In this document: positions 1 to 7,263 of the stretch, piece by piece
Numbering within the stretch: the first letter of the stretch is position 1
Layout of the letters: the number at the start of each line of letters is the position of its first letter
Virus record (IMG/VR): IMGVR_UViG_2711768003_000003
Direction: 5' to 3' (one strand)
Origin: a virus
Taxonomy: Duplodnaviria; Heunggongvirae; Uroviricota; Caudoviricetes
Length of the DNA: 9,863 bases
Position numbers and translations under genes: made by a program
Notes under the pieces: model-generated
What the model saw: only the letters and a program-made list of their open reading frames with translations
The model's database searches: none
Told to the model about the DNA's origin: nothing

Positions 1-50
1 CGCAGAGAATCGTAACGGGATACCAGATCAAGAGCCTGTCCAATGTGCAT

Positions 51-84
51 AAAAAAATCCGGAAACAAGTGAGCGTTTCCGGAT
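51..84 (-). terminator. Rho-independent terminator downstream of the portal gene
   Basis: Plus-strand 57-66 (atccggaaac) pairs perfectly with 75-84 (gtttccggat), a 10-bp stem with an 8-nt loop. On the minus strand the hairpin is followed by a U-run (plus-strand A-run at 51-57). It lies 34 nt past the portal stop (118-120). Confidence 0.6.
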
Positions 85-117
85 TCTTACACAGCCACTG
101 GATCGGTCAACTGATCC

Positions 118-1274
118 TTAACTGATCGGCATTACACCACCGGGACGCGGATTCATATCTTCCAGGTCGCGGCAGTCATTGGAAGAGTAAATTCCCCAGT
201 TGATCCCGGTGGCGTAGGCTTCAAAACGGGACTTCATATCCCCGCGCAGTAACGCCCCGGCGTTAAATTTGGCGTAATAAACGCCCTGCTTACTTTTTCG
301 TACCAGTCCGGTGTTGATCCGCTGTTCGATGCGGGTCAGATACGGCACCAGTGAATAGTTGATAAATCCCAGCCCCAGCTCTTCGATATTGTTGAAGGTG
401 GCGCGATCGGTGTTCTGCACCATGTGCAACGGCACCCGGAACAGACGACAGATTTCTTCCAGCTGAAACTTGCGGGTTTCCAGGAACTGACTGTCCTCGG
501 CGTTCAGCGCCATCGACTTCCAGTCCAGCCCCATTTCCAGAATCATCGGGCGGTGAGCATTGCCAAGCCCCGTGTGACACTCCTCAAAATCTTTCTTCAG
601 ACGCTCGTAAGCATCCGGCGTGAGCTTTTGTTCCGTACGCAACACACCGGATGTCACCGCACCATTACTAAACAACCTGGCACCGTGCTCCTCGGTTGCC
701 GCTGCCAGTGAAATGGCCTCACGCGCATACGCAATGGGATTCAGCCCGACAAGTCCATCCAGCGTCAGGGTGCGCACATGCCAGATTTCATTCTGGGTCA
801 ACACATCCACGGAACCATCCGGAAACGTCACCTGATAAACCGGCTGCCACTGGCTGTTCAGCTTCGGTTCCACACAGCCCGGATCTATCGGAAGAAGCTC
901 CACCACTTCTCCCAGTGCCTTTACCTTGTAGGCGTAAAAATTCCCCCGTAGACACAGGCAGACAATAACCAGCTCCCAGAATTCCTGCGGTGTCATGTAG
1001 CCATTAGGTTTTGCCGAAACCAACTTATGCAGTCGTTCATCCACCGCCCGTGTTTTCAGGGTACCGCTGATTTTGTAGAGACTGCAGGGCAGCATACCAA
1101 CAGACTCTGCCAGCACCCTGACGCAAGAATAGACCGCCGTCAGGCGCATGGCCCGCTGGCTACTGATCCGCTTTCCGGTATAGGTGTCGTATGACAGCCC
1201 GATAGCATCAGCAGTTCTGCTGGCGTGGTCACCGGCACATCGCTTTTTCGTTGAAATAATCCCGAAAAGAACAC
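118..1274 (-). CDS. Phage portal protein (HK97-type); 5' end probably frameshifted
   Basis: Long minus-strand ORF whose product carries a portal-like N-proximal motif (RLTAVYSCVRVLAESVGMLPCSLY) and sits directly after the terminase large subunit. The body frame has no ATG or GTG before codon 73 (ATG at 1149), only three TTG codons at 1357-1365 with no SD. A canonical GGAGG (1281-1285) followed by GTG (1272-1274) overlaps the stop of the upstream small ORF (TAGTG) but is in a different frame; that frame stops after 44 codons (TGA at 1140-1142). The span runs from the stop to the GTG and is not a multiple of 3. Confidence 0.8.
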
Positions 1275-1456
1275 TATTTACCTCCGCCGACAGACTGCCG
1301 TGTACGGTCGAGATATCGCGCCACCAGCCACGACCAGAACAGGCACAGCGCCCCGGCAACAACAAAACCCGCCGGGGGATAAATCAGCCAGGCACCATAC
1401 GCCAGCAAAAGCGCACCCAGCACGCCCACCAGAGGCGCGAGAATCAGCATGATCAT
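1274..1456 (-). CDS. Small hydrophobic protein with two predicted transmembrane helices (60 aa), function unknown
   Basis: ATG at 1454-1456 preceded by GAGGT 4 nt upstream, immediately after the TerL stop (TAA 1468-1470). Product [60 protein letters not shown] has two hydrophobic segments and a charged C-terminus. The portal-frame translation across the same DNA looks like out-of-frame junk ([12 protein letters not shown]). Confidence 0.5.
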   Translation of the reverse strand: MIMLILAPLVGVLGALLLAYGAWLIYPPAGFVVAGALCLFWSWLVARYLDRTRQSVGGGK

Positions 1457-1467
1457 AATTACCTCAG

Positions 1468-3201
1468 TTAAAGCGAGCGGATCCCGTAGGACTCAATGTG
1501 GTCAGACAGCGTGTCTTCTTTCTCGTACAGCATGGCTCTGCCAACCGCCATAATCAGCGCAACTGCACCATCGATTTTGTTTTCCGCCTGCTCTTTGACG
1601 GGTTTCACCACATCATCGTTACCCGGCATGTTTTTGCCGACCACGTTGCCGATACACCAGGTCATGATGGGATTGCCGTCATGATGAAAACGTCCCGATT
1701 CAATCGCTGCTTCCAGCTCTTTCATCGGATCGGACATATTGGTGAAGTTCTGGACGATAGTGACGGGATTCAGGTCTTCATCAGCAAGGTCATGTGACAA
1801 CCCGGTCGCCCCGAAGGGGTCGATGGGTGACTCACTGACCGGGCTGATTTTGTTCGCCGCTTTGGCCTCCTCGAGGATGTAGCGATAATCCACCTCCGCA
1901 CCATCGGTAACGGTCAGAACGCCCATTTCCACCCATTTCTGAAAGCGTTCGGCTGTCCGTCGATCTTCATTTTTCTCGACGCTGTACACCGTGTCATACG
2001 GTACCCAGAAACGCGGGGCCACACTGTAGTAATGCGTTTTACCGTCAATCTCGCGGGTATAAAGTCGCGCCATGCTGTTCATATCCAGCTTACGCGCCAG
2101 GTCAAAGGCCAGAATGCACGGCTGCCCCTCGAACTGCTCAAGGGTCAGTGATTTATCCTCGCAGCTCTGCCAGCTCACCAAGTTGAAATACGCCGAACGC
2201 GCCGACACCCAGATATTGAGGTGTTTTGTTTTAAAGACGTTTGCCAGACGGGCGTTATTTTTCGCACGCTGCTGCTGACTTAACAAAAATTCGCGATAAA
2301 CCGACACGCCAATATTTGGATTGGCTTTTTCCAGCACCTGCGGGCCGGTCCAGTCGTCACCTTCATCAACGGTATAGATGATCCCGAACAGTTCATCGTT
2401 AGGCACCGAGCCGTTGAGCATCTCGATGACTTCCCGCCGCTTGTCGTAGCACGGCCCCTCAATGTTGTACCCGGCGGTGGTGATGGCCCACATCAGTGGC
2501 TGACGTCGCGCCCCCATCCCGGTAAGCATTGTGGTATAAAGCGCATCGGTGGCATGCTCGTGATATTCATCAACCACGGCACAGTGGGGTGATGAACCAT
2601 CACCTGGGTTGCCGATCAGCGGTTCAAACCGCGCGCCATCCTCCGGACGGTTCATGTTTGAGGCGTTAACCTCAATCCCGAACGCTTCCGTCAGCATGGG
2701 TGTGCGTTTACACATCAGTCGCGCCGGGCGAAAGACTTCCCACGCCTGTTTCTCTGTCGTGGCACCGGAATACACTTCCGCGCCAAACTCGTTATCACAG
2801 GCAAAACAATACAGGGCAACACCGGCAGAGATTGCTGATTTGCCGTTCTTACGGGGGATTTCGGTGTACACCTCCCGGAAGCGGCGCAACCGGGTGCCTT
2901 TATTGACCCAGCCAAACGCACAGCAGATCACAAATAGCTGCCACGGCTCCAGCGTGATGGGCATCCGTTTGAATGCCCACTCCCCCTTGGTGTGCGGCAA
3001 CAGCTGAATAAATTTCGCGGCCCGTTCAGCCAGGTCCTTGTCGAAGCGGTAACGAAACGACTTACTTTTTTCCGCCATCAGGTCATCAAGATGGCGCTGG
3101 CAGGCCTGAATCACAAACTGGCAGGCAACAATCTTTCCGCGCACGACATCCCGGGCATACTGATTTGCAGCATTTACGTTGGGGTAAGATTTCCGGCTCA
3201 T
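1468..3201 (-). CDS. Terminase large subunit (ATPase plus nuclease)
   Basis: 577-aa ORF starting at ATG 3199-3201, overlapping the TerS stop (ATGA). Walker-A-like EIPRKNGKS and conserved acidic residues typical of terminase large subunits; position between TerS and portal. Confidence 0.93.
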   Translation of the reverse strand: MSRKSYPNVNAANQYARDVVRGKIVACQFVIQACQRHLDDLMAEKSKSFRYRFDKDLAERAAKFIQLLPHTKGEWAFKRMPITLEPWQLFVICCAFGWVNKGTRLRRFREVYTEIPRKNGKSAISAGVALYCFACDNEFGAEVYSGATTEKQAWEVFRPARLMCKRTPMLTEAFGIEVNASNMNRPEDGARFEPLIGNPGDGSSPHCAVVDEYHEHATDALYTTMLTGMGARRQPLMWAITTAGYNIEGPCYDKRREVIEMLNGSVPNDELFGIIYTVDEGDDWTGPQVLEKANPNIGVSVYREFLLSQQQRAKNNARLANVFKTKHLNIWVSARSAYFNLVSWQSCEDKSLTLEQFEGQPCILAFDLARKLDMNSMARLYTREIDGKTHYYSVAPRFWVPYDTVYSVEKNEDRRTAERFQKWVEMGVLTVTDGAEVDYRYILEEAKAANKISPVSESPIDPFGATGLSHDLADEDLNPVTIVQNFTNMSDPMKELEAAIESGRFHHDGNPIMTWCIGNVVGKNMPGNDDVVKPVKEQAENKIDGAVALIMAVGRAMLYEKEDTLSDHIESYGIRSL

Positions 3202-3692
3202 GATTCGATAATTTTCAGAAACGGGTTAGTGGCTTTCTTCTGCCCCGCCAGGCCAATCAGACGCTGGCGGCTGCTGGGGTCGAGTCCGAGCATTGCCCCC
3301 GTGCTGCTCATCTCGGACTCCTGTTCTTTTTTGGCGGTCAGCTCCGGATTTTTGACCCTGCCGCCCATTGCACCGGTGATGGTGTTGCCCTGTATGGCAA
3401 TATTTTTCACGGCACGTCGCCAGAACTCATAGGCCACGCACCACCGCTCAAGTACCGCCAGGTCAGTCACGCACAGCAGGCCCTGACCGCAGAGTTCTTT
3501 GGTTGTCAGTTGCCACATGATCGTGGCGAGAGGGAGATCTTCTTCAGCGAACCACTCTGGTGGCTCAACACCTTTGATGGGCGTAAAAACAGGTTCATCT
3601 TTGTTCAGGGCTCGCTTGCCGGGGTTTCCGGCCAGCGCCTTGCGCGCCGTTGGCTTGGGGCGACGCCCGGAACGCCCCGCCGTTCCAGCCAT
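3198..3692 (-). CDS. Terminase small subunit (P27-type)
   Basis: ORF-track start at 3701 is GTG; the internal ATG at 3690-3692 has AGGAG 8 nt upstream. Basic N-terminus ([25 protein letters not shown]) is typical of P27-family small terminases. Stop overlaps the TerL start. Confidence 0.88.
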   Translation of the reverse strand: MAGTAGRSGRRPKPTARKALAGNPGKRALNKDEPVFTPIKGVEPPEWFAEEDLPLATIMWQLTTKELCGQGLLCVTDLAVLERWCVAYEFWRRAVKNIAIQGNTITGAMGGRVKNPELTAKKEQESEMSSTGAMLGLDPSSRQRLIGLAGQKKATNPFLKIIES

Positions 3693-3813
3693 ATGCGGCA
3701 CTCCTGGTTAAATTTCATTTTTCGCGGGTATAAAAAAACGATGGGGCGGGCAGTCCGGAAGACGTCAGGTCACAGGGATTTGCCCCGCCCCTCCCTACAA
3801 GTGAGAATAATTA
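3693..3813. other. Candidate cos / packaging-initiation region between HNH endonuclease and TerS
   Basis: 121-nt intergenic region in the position where HK97-like cos phages carry cos. The GC-rich core GGGGCGGGCAGTCC resembles the lambda cohesive-end sequence GGGCGGCGACCT (recalled, not searched). Minus-strand flank ATGAAATTTAACCAGG resembles the lambda cosB-side ATGAAAATTTTCCGG. Confidence 0.4.
3743..3791. repeat. GC-rich imperfect inverted repeat (10 bp with a one-base bulge, 28-nt spacer) inside the cos-like region
   Basis: Plus-strand ggggcgggca (3743-3752) pairs with tgccccgcccc (3781-3791), with one unpaired c at 3786. The spacer contains the GACGTC palindrome. On the minus strand it is followed by a T7 run. 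Confidence 0.6.
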
Positions 3814-4164
3814 TCACCGGATTCGTTCGCGCGCTGTTTTCGCTTTATGGCAGGGCCAGCACAGACTCTGCAGGTTGCTGTCTGCGTCTGTTCCGCCATG
3901 CGCTTTCGGGATGATGTGGTCGACGGTTTTCGCCTCGCTCACCACACCGACACGCAGACACAACTGACACAGACCTTTATCGCGCTTCAGAATACGGGCA
4001 CGAATCACCGTCCATTTTGAGCCATAGCCACGCTGGTGGCGGCTCAGTCCGCGCTGGTGCTGCACCCAGCCTTCACCGCGATGTTTATCGCAGTAACCCG
4101 AACTGTCTGTGGTTGTACCTGCACATCCACGCTTACGGCAGGCACGTGGGATTAGTGATGGCAT
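3814..4164 (-). CDS. HNH endonuclease (terminase-associated, HK97 gp74-like role)
   Basis: 116-aa ORF, ATG 4162-4164 with GAGGT 4 nt upstream. Cys pairs (CRKRGC, CDKH, CQLC, CWPCH) and the HNH core VDHIIPKAHGGTDADSNLQSLCWPCH. Located immediately upstream of the cos-like region and TerS. Confidence 0.9.
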   Translation of the reverse strand: MPSLIPRACRKRGCAGTTTDSSGYCDKHRGEGWVQHQRGLSRHQRGYGSKWTVIRARILKRDKGLCQLCLRVGVVSEAKTVDHIIPKAHGGTDADSNLQSLCWPCHKAKTARERIR

Positions 4165-4206
4165 AAATACCTCATACCCTGCGAAATGTTTACCACGATA
4201 AAAAGG

Positions 4207-4671
4207 CTACTTAATGCACTGAGTGCGGATATACTCCTGTGCCCCTTCCAGTTGCATCTGCATCGTCATCAGCCGCTCTCTGAGGGTGAAATAATCCCGT
4301 TCAGCGGTGTCTGCCAGTCGGGGGCTGGTTGCATTATCCACGCCGGAGGCGGTGGTGGCTTCACGCACTGACTGACAGACTGCTTTGATGTGCAACCGAC
4401 GACGACCAGCGGCAACATCAGCGCGCAGAGTTTCATTTTCAGCTTTCGCATCAGCTAACTCCTTCGTGTATTTAGCATCGAGTGCATTAACATCACGCTG
4501 TCTCTGCTGCATGTCAGTAATGGTTGCGTTCGCCAGCTTCAGTTCTCTTGCGTTTTTGTCGCGCTGCTCTTTGTAGGTAATGGCGTTATCACGGTAATGA
4601 TTAACAGCCCATGACAGGCAGACGATGATGCAGATAACCAGAGCGGAGATAATCGCGGTGACTCTGCTCAT
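4207..4671 (-). CDS. Rz: Rz i-spanin (inner-membrane spanin subunit)
   Basis: ORF-track start at 4683 is GTG; the ATG at 4669-4671 overlaps the endolysin stop (ATGA). Product [34 protein letters not shown]... closely matches my recollection of lambda Rz: N-terminal TM segment plus coiled-coil periplasmic domain. Confidence 0.93.
   Translation of the reverse strand: MSRVTAIISALVICIIVCLSWAVNHYRDNAITYKEQRDKNARELKLANATITDMQQRQRDVNALDAKYTKELADAKAENETLRADVAAGRRRLHIKAVCQSVREATTASGVDNATSPRLADTAERDYFTLRERLMTMQMQLEGAQEYIRTQCIK
4269..4451 (-). CDS. Rz1: Rz1 o-spanin (outer-membrane lipoprotein), embedded in Rz in the +1 frame
   Basis: ATG 4449-4451. Product has a lipobox (LVVVGC) followed by the proline-rich PPPPPAW, as in lambda Rz1; it lies entirely inside Rz. 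Confidence 0.9.
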   Translation of the reverse strand: MRKLKMKLCALMLPLVVVGCTSKQSVSQCVKPPPPPAWIMQPAPDWQTPLNGIISPSESG

Positions 4672-5165
4672 TGCTGCCCCCACAAACAGACTTCACGCTC
4701 AATCTCACGACGGGTCATCAGCCCTTTCCATTGCTTACCGCCAGCATATGTCCAGCGACATAGCTGGTCACATGCGCCTTTGATATAGCCCTGGTTTATT
4801 TTGCGAAGAAGCGTCGATGTTCTGAAATTGCCAGCGCCCACGTTGTAAACGAACGAGTAAAGAGCGCCGCGCGTTGTTTCCGGTATATCGACTTTGATGT
4901 ACGGGTTAATTTGTCTGGCGACAGTGGCAAGGTCTTTATTCAGGAGGGCTTTGCATTCTGCTTCGGTATACGTTTTACCGAGCATGATGTCTTTTCCGGT
5001 GTGTCCGTGACATACAGTCCATACACCAATGATATCTTTGTATGGTATGTAGCTGACACCTTCCAGACCATCGTTACCACCTGGGCCAGTGATTAACACA
5101 GATGCTATAGCAACAGCCCCACCACCAATAGCAGCTGCAACAGCCTTGCGTAATGATGGCGACAT
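4668..5165 (-). CDS. R: SAR endolysin (phage-21-type lysozyme, T4-lysozyme fold)
   Basis: ATG 5163-5165 overlaps the holin stop (TAATG). Gly/Ala-rich N-terminal signal-anchor-release segment ([20 protein letters not shown]) then an E-x8-D-x5-T catalytic spacing ([16 protein letters not shown]). Matches my recollection of phage 21 R. Confidence 0.93.
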   Translation of the reverse strand: MSPSLRKAVAAAIGGGAVAIASVLITGPGGNDGLEGVSYIPYKDIIGVWTVCHGHTGKDIMLGKTYTEAECKALLNKDLATVARQINPYIKVDIPETTRGALYSFVYNVGAGNFRTSTLLRKINQGYIKGACDQLCRWTYAGGKQWKGLMTRREIEREVCLWGQQ

Positions 5166-5336
5166 TATTCACCTCTCGCAGCCTTACGCTTGTCTTCTCT
5201 TATTTTGAAATACAGATTTGTCAGATAAGTCAGAAGCCCCAGAAGCAGACTTCCCAGCACACCAATCGCAGCCCACTGTGATGGACTGACCTGATCCAAC
5301 CACTGCAAAAACCAGTAGCCGGCACTGCCGGCGGAG
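5165..5336 (-). CDS. S: Class II holin / pinholin (phage-21 S-like), C-terminal 57 codons only; 5' end lies in the N-run
   Basis: Visible product ...[56 protein letters not shown] matches the two-TM S21 architecture. The ORF runs upstream into the N-run at 5337, so the start and about 14 codons are missing. Confidence 0.85.
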
Positions 5337-5690
5337 NNNNNNNNNNNNNNNNNNNNNNNNNNNNNNNNNNNNNNNNNNNNNNNNNNNNNNNNNNNNNNNN
5401 NNNNNNNNNNNNNNNNNNNNNNNNNNNNNNNNNNNNNNNNNNNNNNNNNNNNNNNNNNNNNNNNNNNNNNNNNNNNNNNNNNNNNNNNNNNNNNNNNNNN
5501 NNNNNNNNNNNNNNNNNNNNNNNNNNNNNNNNNNNNNNNNNNNNNNNNNNNNNNNNNNNNNNNNNNNNNNNNNNNNNNNNNNNNNNNNNNNNNNNNNNNN
5601 NNNNNNNNNNNNNNNNNNNNNNNNNNNNNNNNNNNNNNNNNNNNNNNNNNNNNNNNNNNNNNNNNNNNNNNNNNNNNNNNNNNNNNNNNN
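5337..5690. other. Assembly gap (354 N)
   Basis: Uninterrupted run of n. It removes the holin 5' end and whatever lies between the tRNA cluster and S. Confidence 0.99.
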
Positions 5691-5753
5691 GAGTCAGACA
5701 TTCCCACACAATATTGTGTCAGTGCAAATAACAACCTTCGTCTCAAATCTCGC

Positions 5754-5828
<75 letters not shown>

Positions 5829-5831
5829 ATA

Positions 5832-5907
<76 letters not shown>

Positions 5908-5909
5908 GC

Positions 5910-5986
5910 TGGCCCACCACCGAGGACTCGAACCTCGCACCGTCAACTTAGAAGGTTGATGCTCTATCCGGATGAGCTAGTGGTGG
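5910..5986 (-). tRNA. tRNA-Arg (anticodon UCU)
   Basis: 77-nt cloverleaf CCACCACTAGCTCATCCGGATAGAGCATCAACCTTCTAAGTTGACGGTGCGAGGTTCGAGTCCTCGGTGGTGGGCCA. Anticodon stem TCAAC/GTTGA, loop CTTCTAA, T-arm CGAGG-TTCGAGT-CCTCG, encoded CCA. Resembles the argN/argO class of lambdoid-phage tRNAs. Confidence 0.8.
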
Positions 5987-5987
5987 T

Positions 5988-6064
5988 TGGTGGCCCTTGC
6001 TGGACTTGAACCAGCGACCTGGCGATTATGAGTCGCTCGCTCTGACCAACTGAGCTAAAGGGCC
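5988..6064 (-). tRNA. tRNA-Ile2-like (anticodon CAU, probably lysidine-modified to read AUA; elongator Met not excluded)
   Basis: 77-nt cloverleaf GGCCCTTTAGCTCAGTTGGTCAGAGCGAGCGACTCATAATCGCCAGGTCGCTGGTTCAAGTCCAGCAAGGGCCACCA. Anticodon loop CTCATAA; overall close to my recollection of E. coli ileX, and to ileZ of Stx phages. Confidence 0.8.
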
Positions 6065-6073
6065 GGAGGCAGA

Positions 6074-6102
6074 ATAATAACCATATGTCATCACATCTGC
6101 AA
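6074..6102 (-). promoter_or_regulatory. Candidate sigma70 promoter immediately upstream of the tRNA cluster
   Basis: Minus strand: -35 TTGCAG (6102-6097), 17-nt spacer, -10 TATTAT (6079-6074). The predicted start falls a few nt before the first tRNA 5' end (6064). Confidence 0.35.
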
Positions 6103-6152
6103 ACTCATCTGACCACCAGCACGTTTAACGTCCTGTGCCGTTTTTCAGGTAT

Positions 6153-6178
6153 AAAAAAACCCGCTCATCGGCGGGTTT
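6153..6178 (-). terminator. Rho-independent terminator between the ORF6N gene and the tRNA cluster (weaker on the plus strand)
   Basis: Stem cccgc (6160-6164) pairs with gcggg (6171-6175), 6-nt loop, extendable by three A-T pairs. On the minus strand it is followed by U7 (plus-strand A-run 6153-6159); on the plus strand only by TTTAA. Confidence 0.5.
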
Positions 6179-6253
6179 AAGCTGTGTGGCGTAGTAACCA
6201 CTCTTAACAGGATATTCAACTTTTTACGATCGTAAAGTTTTCGGAAAAAATTT

Positions 6254-6823
6254 TTAAAACCGCATCAACCGCTCCACCAGTTGCTCTTTACGGGCAACGA
6301 TCCACCCGTGTTGCTCCAGATAAAATTTAAACCGTTCCAGAGTACATACCATCGCATCGGCGGGTACCTTTTCCGTGAACTCAACCTGACCGTGTTTATC
6401 GAAGTGGCTCAGTAATGCGCATCCATCATTTTCGATAGATGTGTTTTGTGCCGCTGGTGGCTGTTTCTGGTTGAAATAACAGTCTTCCAGTTTTTCGAAC
6501 ACTTCCCACGCCTGATCGGTTTCGAGCATTTTGGCGTGACGGGCTGCGCCACGTTCTGTCCAGAGGATGAGGGAGCGAACGTTACGGGCAATTTTCACAG
6601 AAACTCTTAAAGAGTTTTCGTTCTTCAACTCTCGTAACGCATCACCTTCTATCAGGAAAAAATGTTTACCTTCTATAAACCGTTCTTTGTTTCGATTGAA
6701 ATTGTTTGTCAAACGCTGGCGCTCTGTTCCGTACAAATCAGCCAGCAGCTCTGTTGTCATGACAGGAAGATGGTTATGCGTAAGTGACGGGAGTTTTTCA
6801 ATAGACGTGCGATTCATAGACAT
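6254..6823 (-). CDS. ORF6N-domain DNA-binding protein with an uncharacterised C-terminal domain (cargo gene at the Q-to-S locus)
   Basis: The ORF-track N-terminal extension to 7015 is rejected: it overlaps a promoter-like region and translates as junk. Start set at ATG 6821-6823 (MSMNRTSIEKL), with AAAGGA just upstream; the ATG at 6815-6817 is equally possible. N-terminal region LPVMTTELLADLYGTERQRLTNNFNRNKERFIEGKHFFLIEGD matches the ORF6N pattern; the C-terminal ~90 aa are not recognised. Confidence 0.8.
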   Translation of the reverse strand: MSMNRTSIEKLPSLTHNHLPVMTTELLADLYGTERQRLTNNFNRNKERFIEGKHFFLIEGDALRELKNENSLRVSVKIARNVRSLILWTERGAARHAKMLETDQAWEVFEKLEDCYFNQKQPPAAQNTSIENDGCALLSHFDKHGQVEFTEKVPADAMVCTLERFKFYLEQHGWIVARKEQLVERLMRF

Positions 6824-7023
6824 GTCCTTTCGAATATTTTGATTTACCCCTTTTGAGAGGGTGACCGGGCGCTCAAAACCGTCGAAAGTCGGCGGGCGTA
6901 TTTCCATTGCTGGTATTGTATTAGCCGCACACCCGGTCATAAACCAAGAATTCTGGACACAAAAAAACCACATGGCTATCGGGTGTGGATACCGCTTTCG
7001 AGGTGTTTTGAGCACCGCGGGGA

Positions 7024-7052
7024 AATGTAAACTGCAAACCTGAAACTGTCAA
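7024..7052 (-). promoter_or_regulatory. Candidate sigma70 promoter for the ORF6N gene
   Basis: Minus strand: perfect -35 TTGACA (7052-7047), 17-nt spacer, -10 TACATT (7029-7024). It sits about 190 nt upstream of the ORF6N start, leaving a structured leader. Confidence 0.35.
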
Positions 7053-7176
7053 CACCGTCAGGTTCCAATCATCGGGTGGTGAGACGCACAGGGTTGGAAC
7101 TACCGGGAAACCGACCGGCGAGCTTTTCAGCTCCCCCATGCGCCCCACCATAATTCAGATGTGCGCGTGCATACGA

Positions 7177-7202
7177 CAATAAAAAACACGCTCGCGGCGT
7201 GT
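7177..7202 (-). terminator. tR'-like intrinsic terminator downstream of the late promoter
   Basis: Minus-strand hairpin ACACGC-cgcga-GCGTGT (plus 7186-7202) followed by TTTTTTATT (plus-strand A-run 7177-7185). It lies about 75-80 nt downstream of the predicted PR' start. Confidence 0.6.
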
Positions 7203-7263
7203 GTCTGTCGCGGTCTCTATCCGGGGTTCCAATCCCGACGCCAGATTTTGCTGGCGCGTGAGG

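Noticed and set aside
1275-1365. Portal ORF extension to the TTG start at 1365 (415-aa version)
   Set aside because: Only TTG codons with no SD; the encoded first ~30 residues look like an out-of-frame translation of the overlapping 2-TM ORF. Kept only as the fallback if the frameshift hypothesis is refuted.
2609-3914. Plus-strand ORFs of 130-146 aa (2609..3007, 2992..3432, 3510..3914) and the similar plus-strand ORFs 424..711, 1498..1797, 8037..8474, 8287..8589, 9022..9339
   Set aside because: All lie antisense to strongly supported minus-strand genes, have junk-like composition (rich in R, S, C, P) and lack convincing RBS context; they are shadow ORFs.
5165-5746. 193-aa and 159-aa ORFs (5165..5746 and 5230..5709) translated through the N-run
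   Set aside because: They are artefacts of translating n as X. Only the 57 codons at 5165-5336 are real holin sequence; the 5230..5709 frame is an alternative-frame shadow.
5691-5753. Shiga-toxin or other large cargo gene between the tRNAs and S
   Set aside because: Only 63 nt of real sequence exists here before the gap and no ORF is visible; presence cannot be assessed (see the gap finding), so none is called.
6084-6179. 31-aa plus-strand ORF with GGAGG upstream (MSSHLQTHLTTSTFNVLCRFSGIKKPAHRRV)
   Set aside because: The SD spacing is 14 nt, it overlaps the tRNA promoter and the terminator hairpin, and the only GGAGG is the complement of the tRNA 5' flank; it is probably fortuitous.
6961-6990. 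Second terminator-like element (CCACA-N11-TGTGG followed by T7, minus strand) between tR' and the ORF6N promoter
   Set aside because: Only a 5-bp stem with an 11-nt loop, too weak to call as a terminator; it may contribute to leader structure.
6824-7015. N-terminal extension of the ORF6N ORF to 7015 (253-aa version)
   Set aside because: The extension runs into the promoter-like region and reads as junk (MLKTPRKRYPHPIAMWFFCVQNSWFMTGC); the internal ATG at 6823 has an RBS-like AAAGGA.
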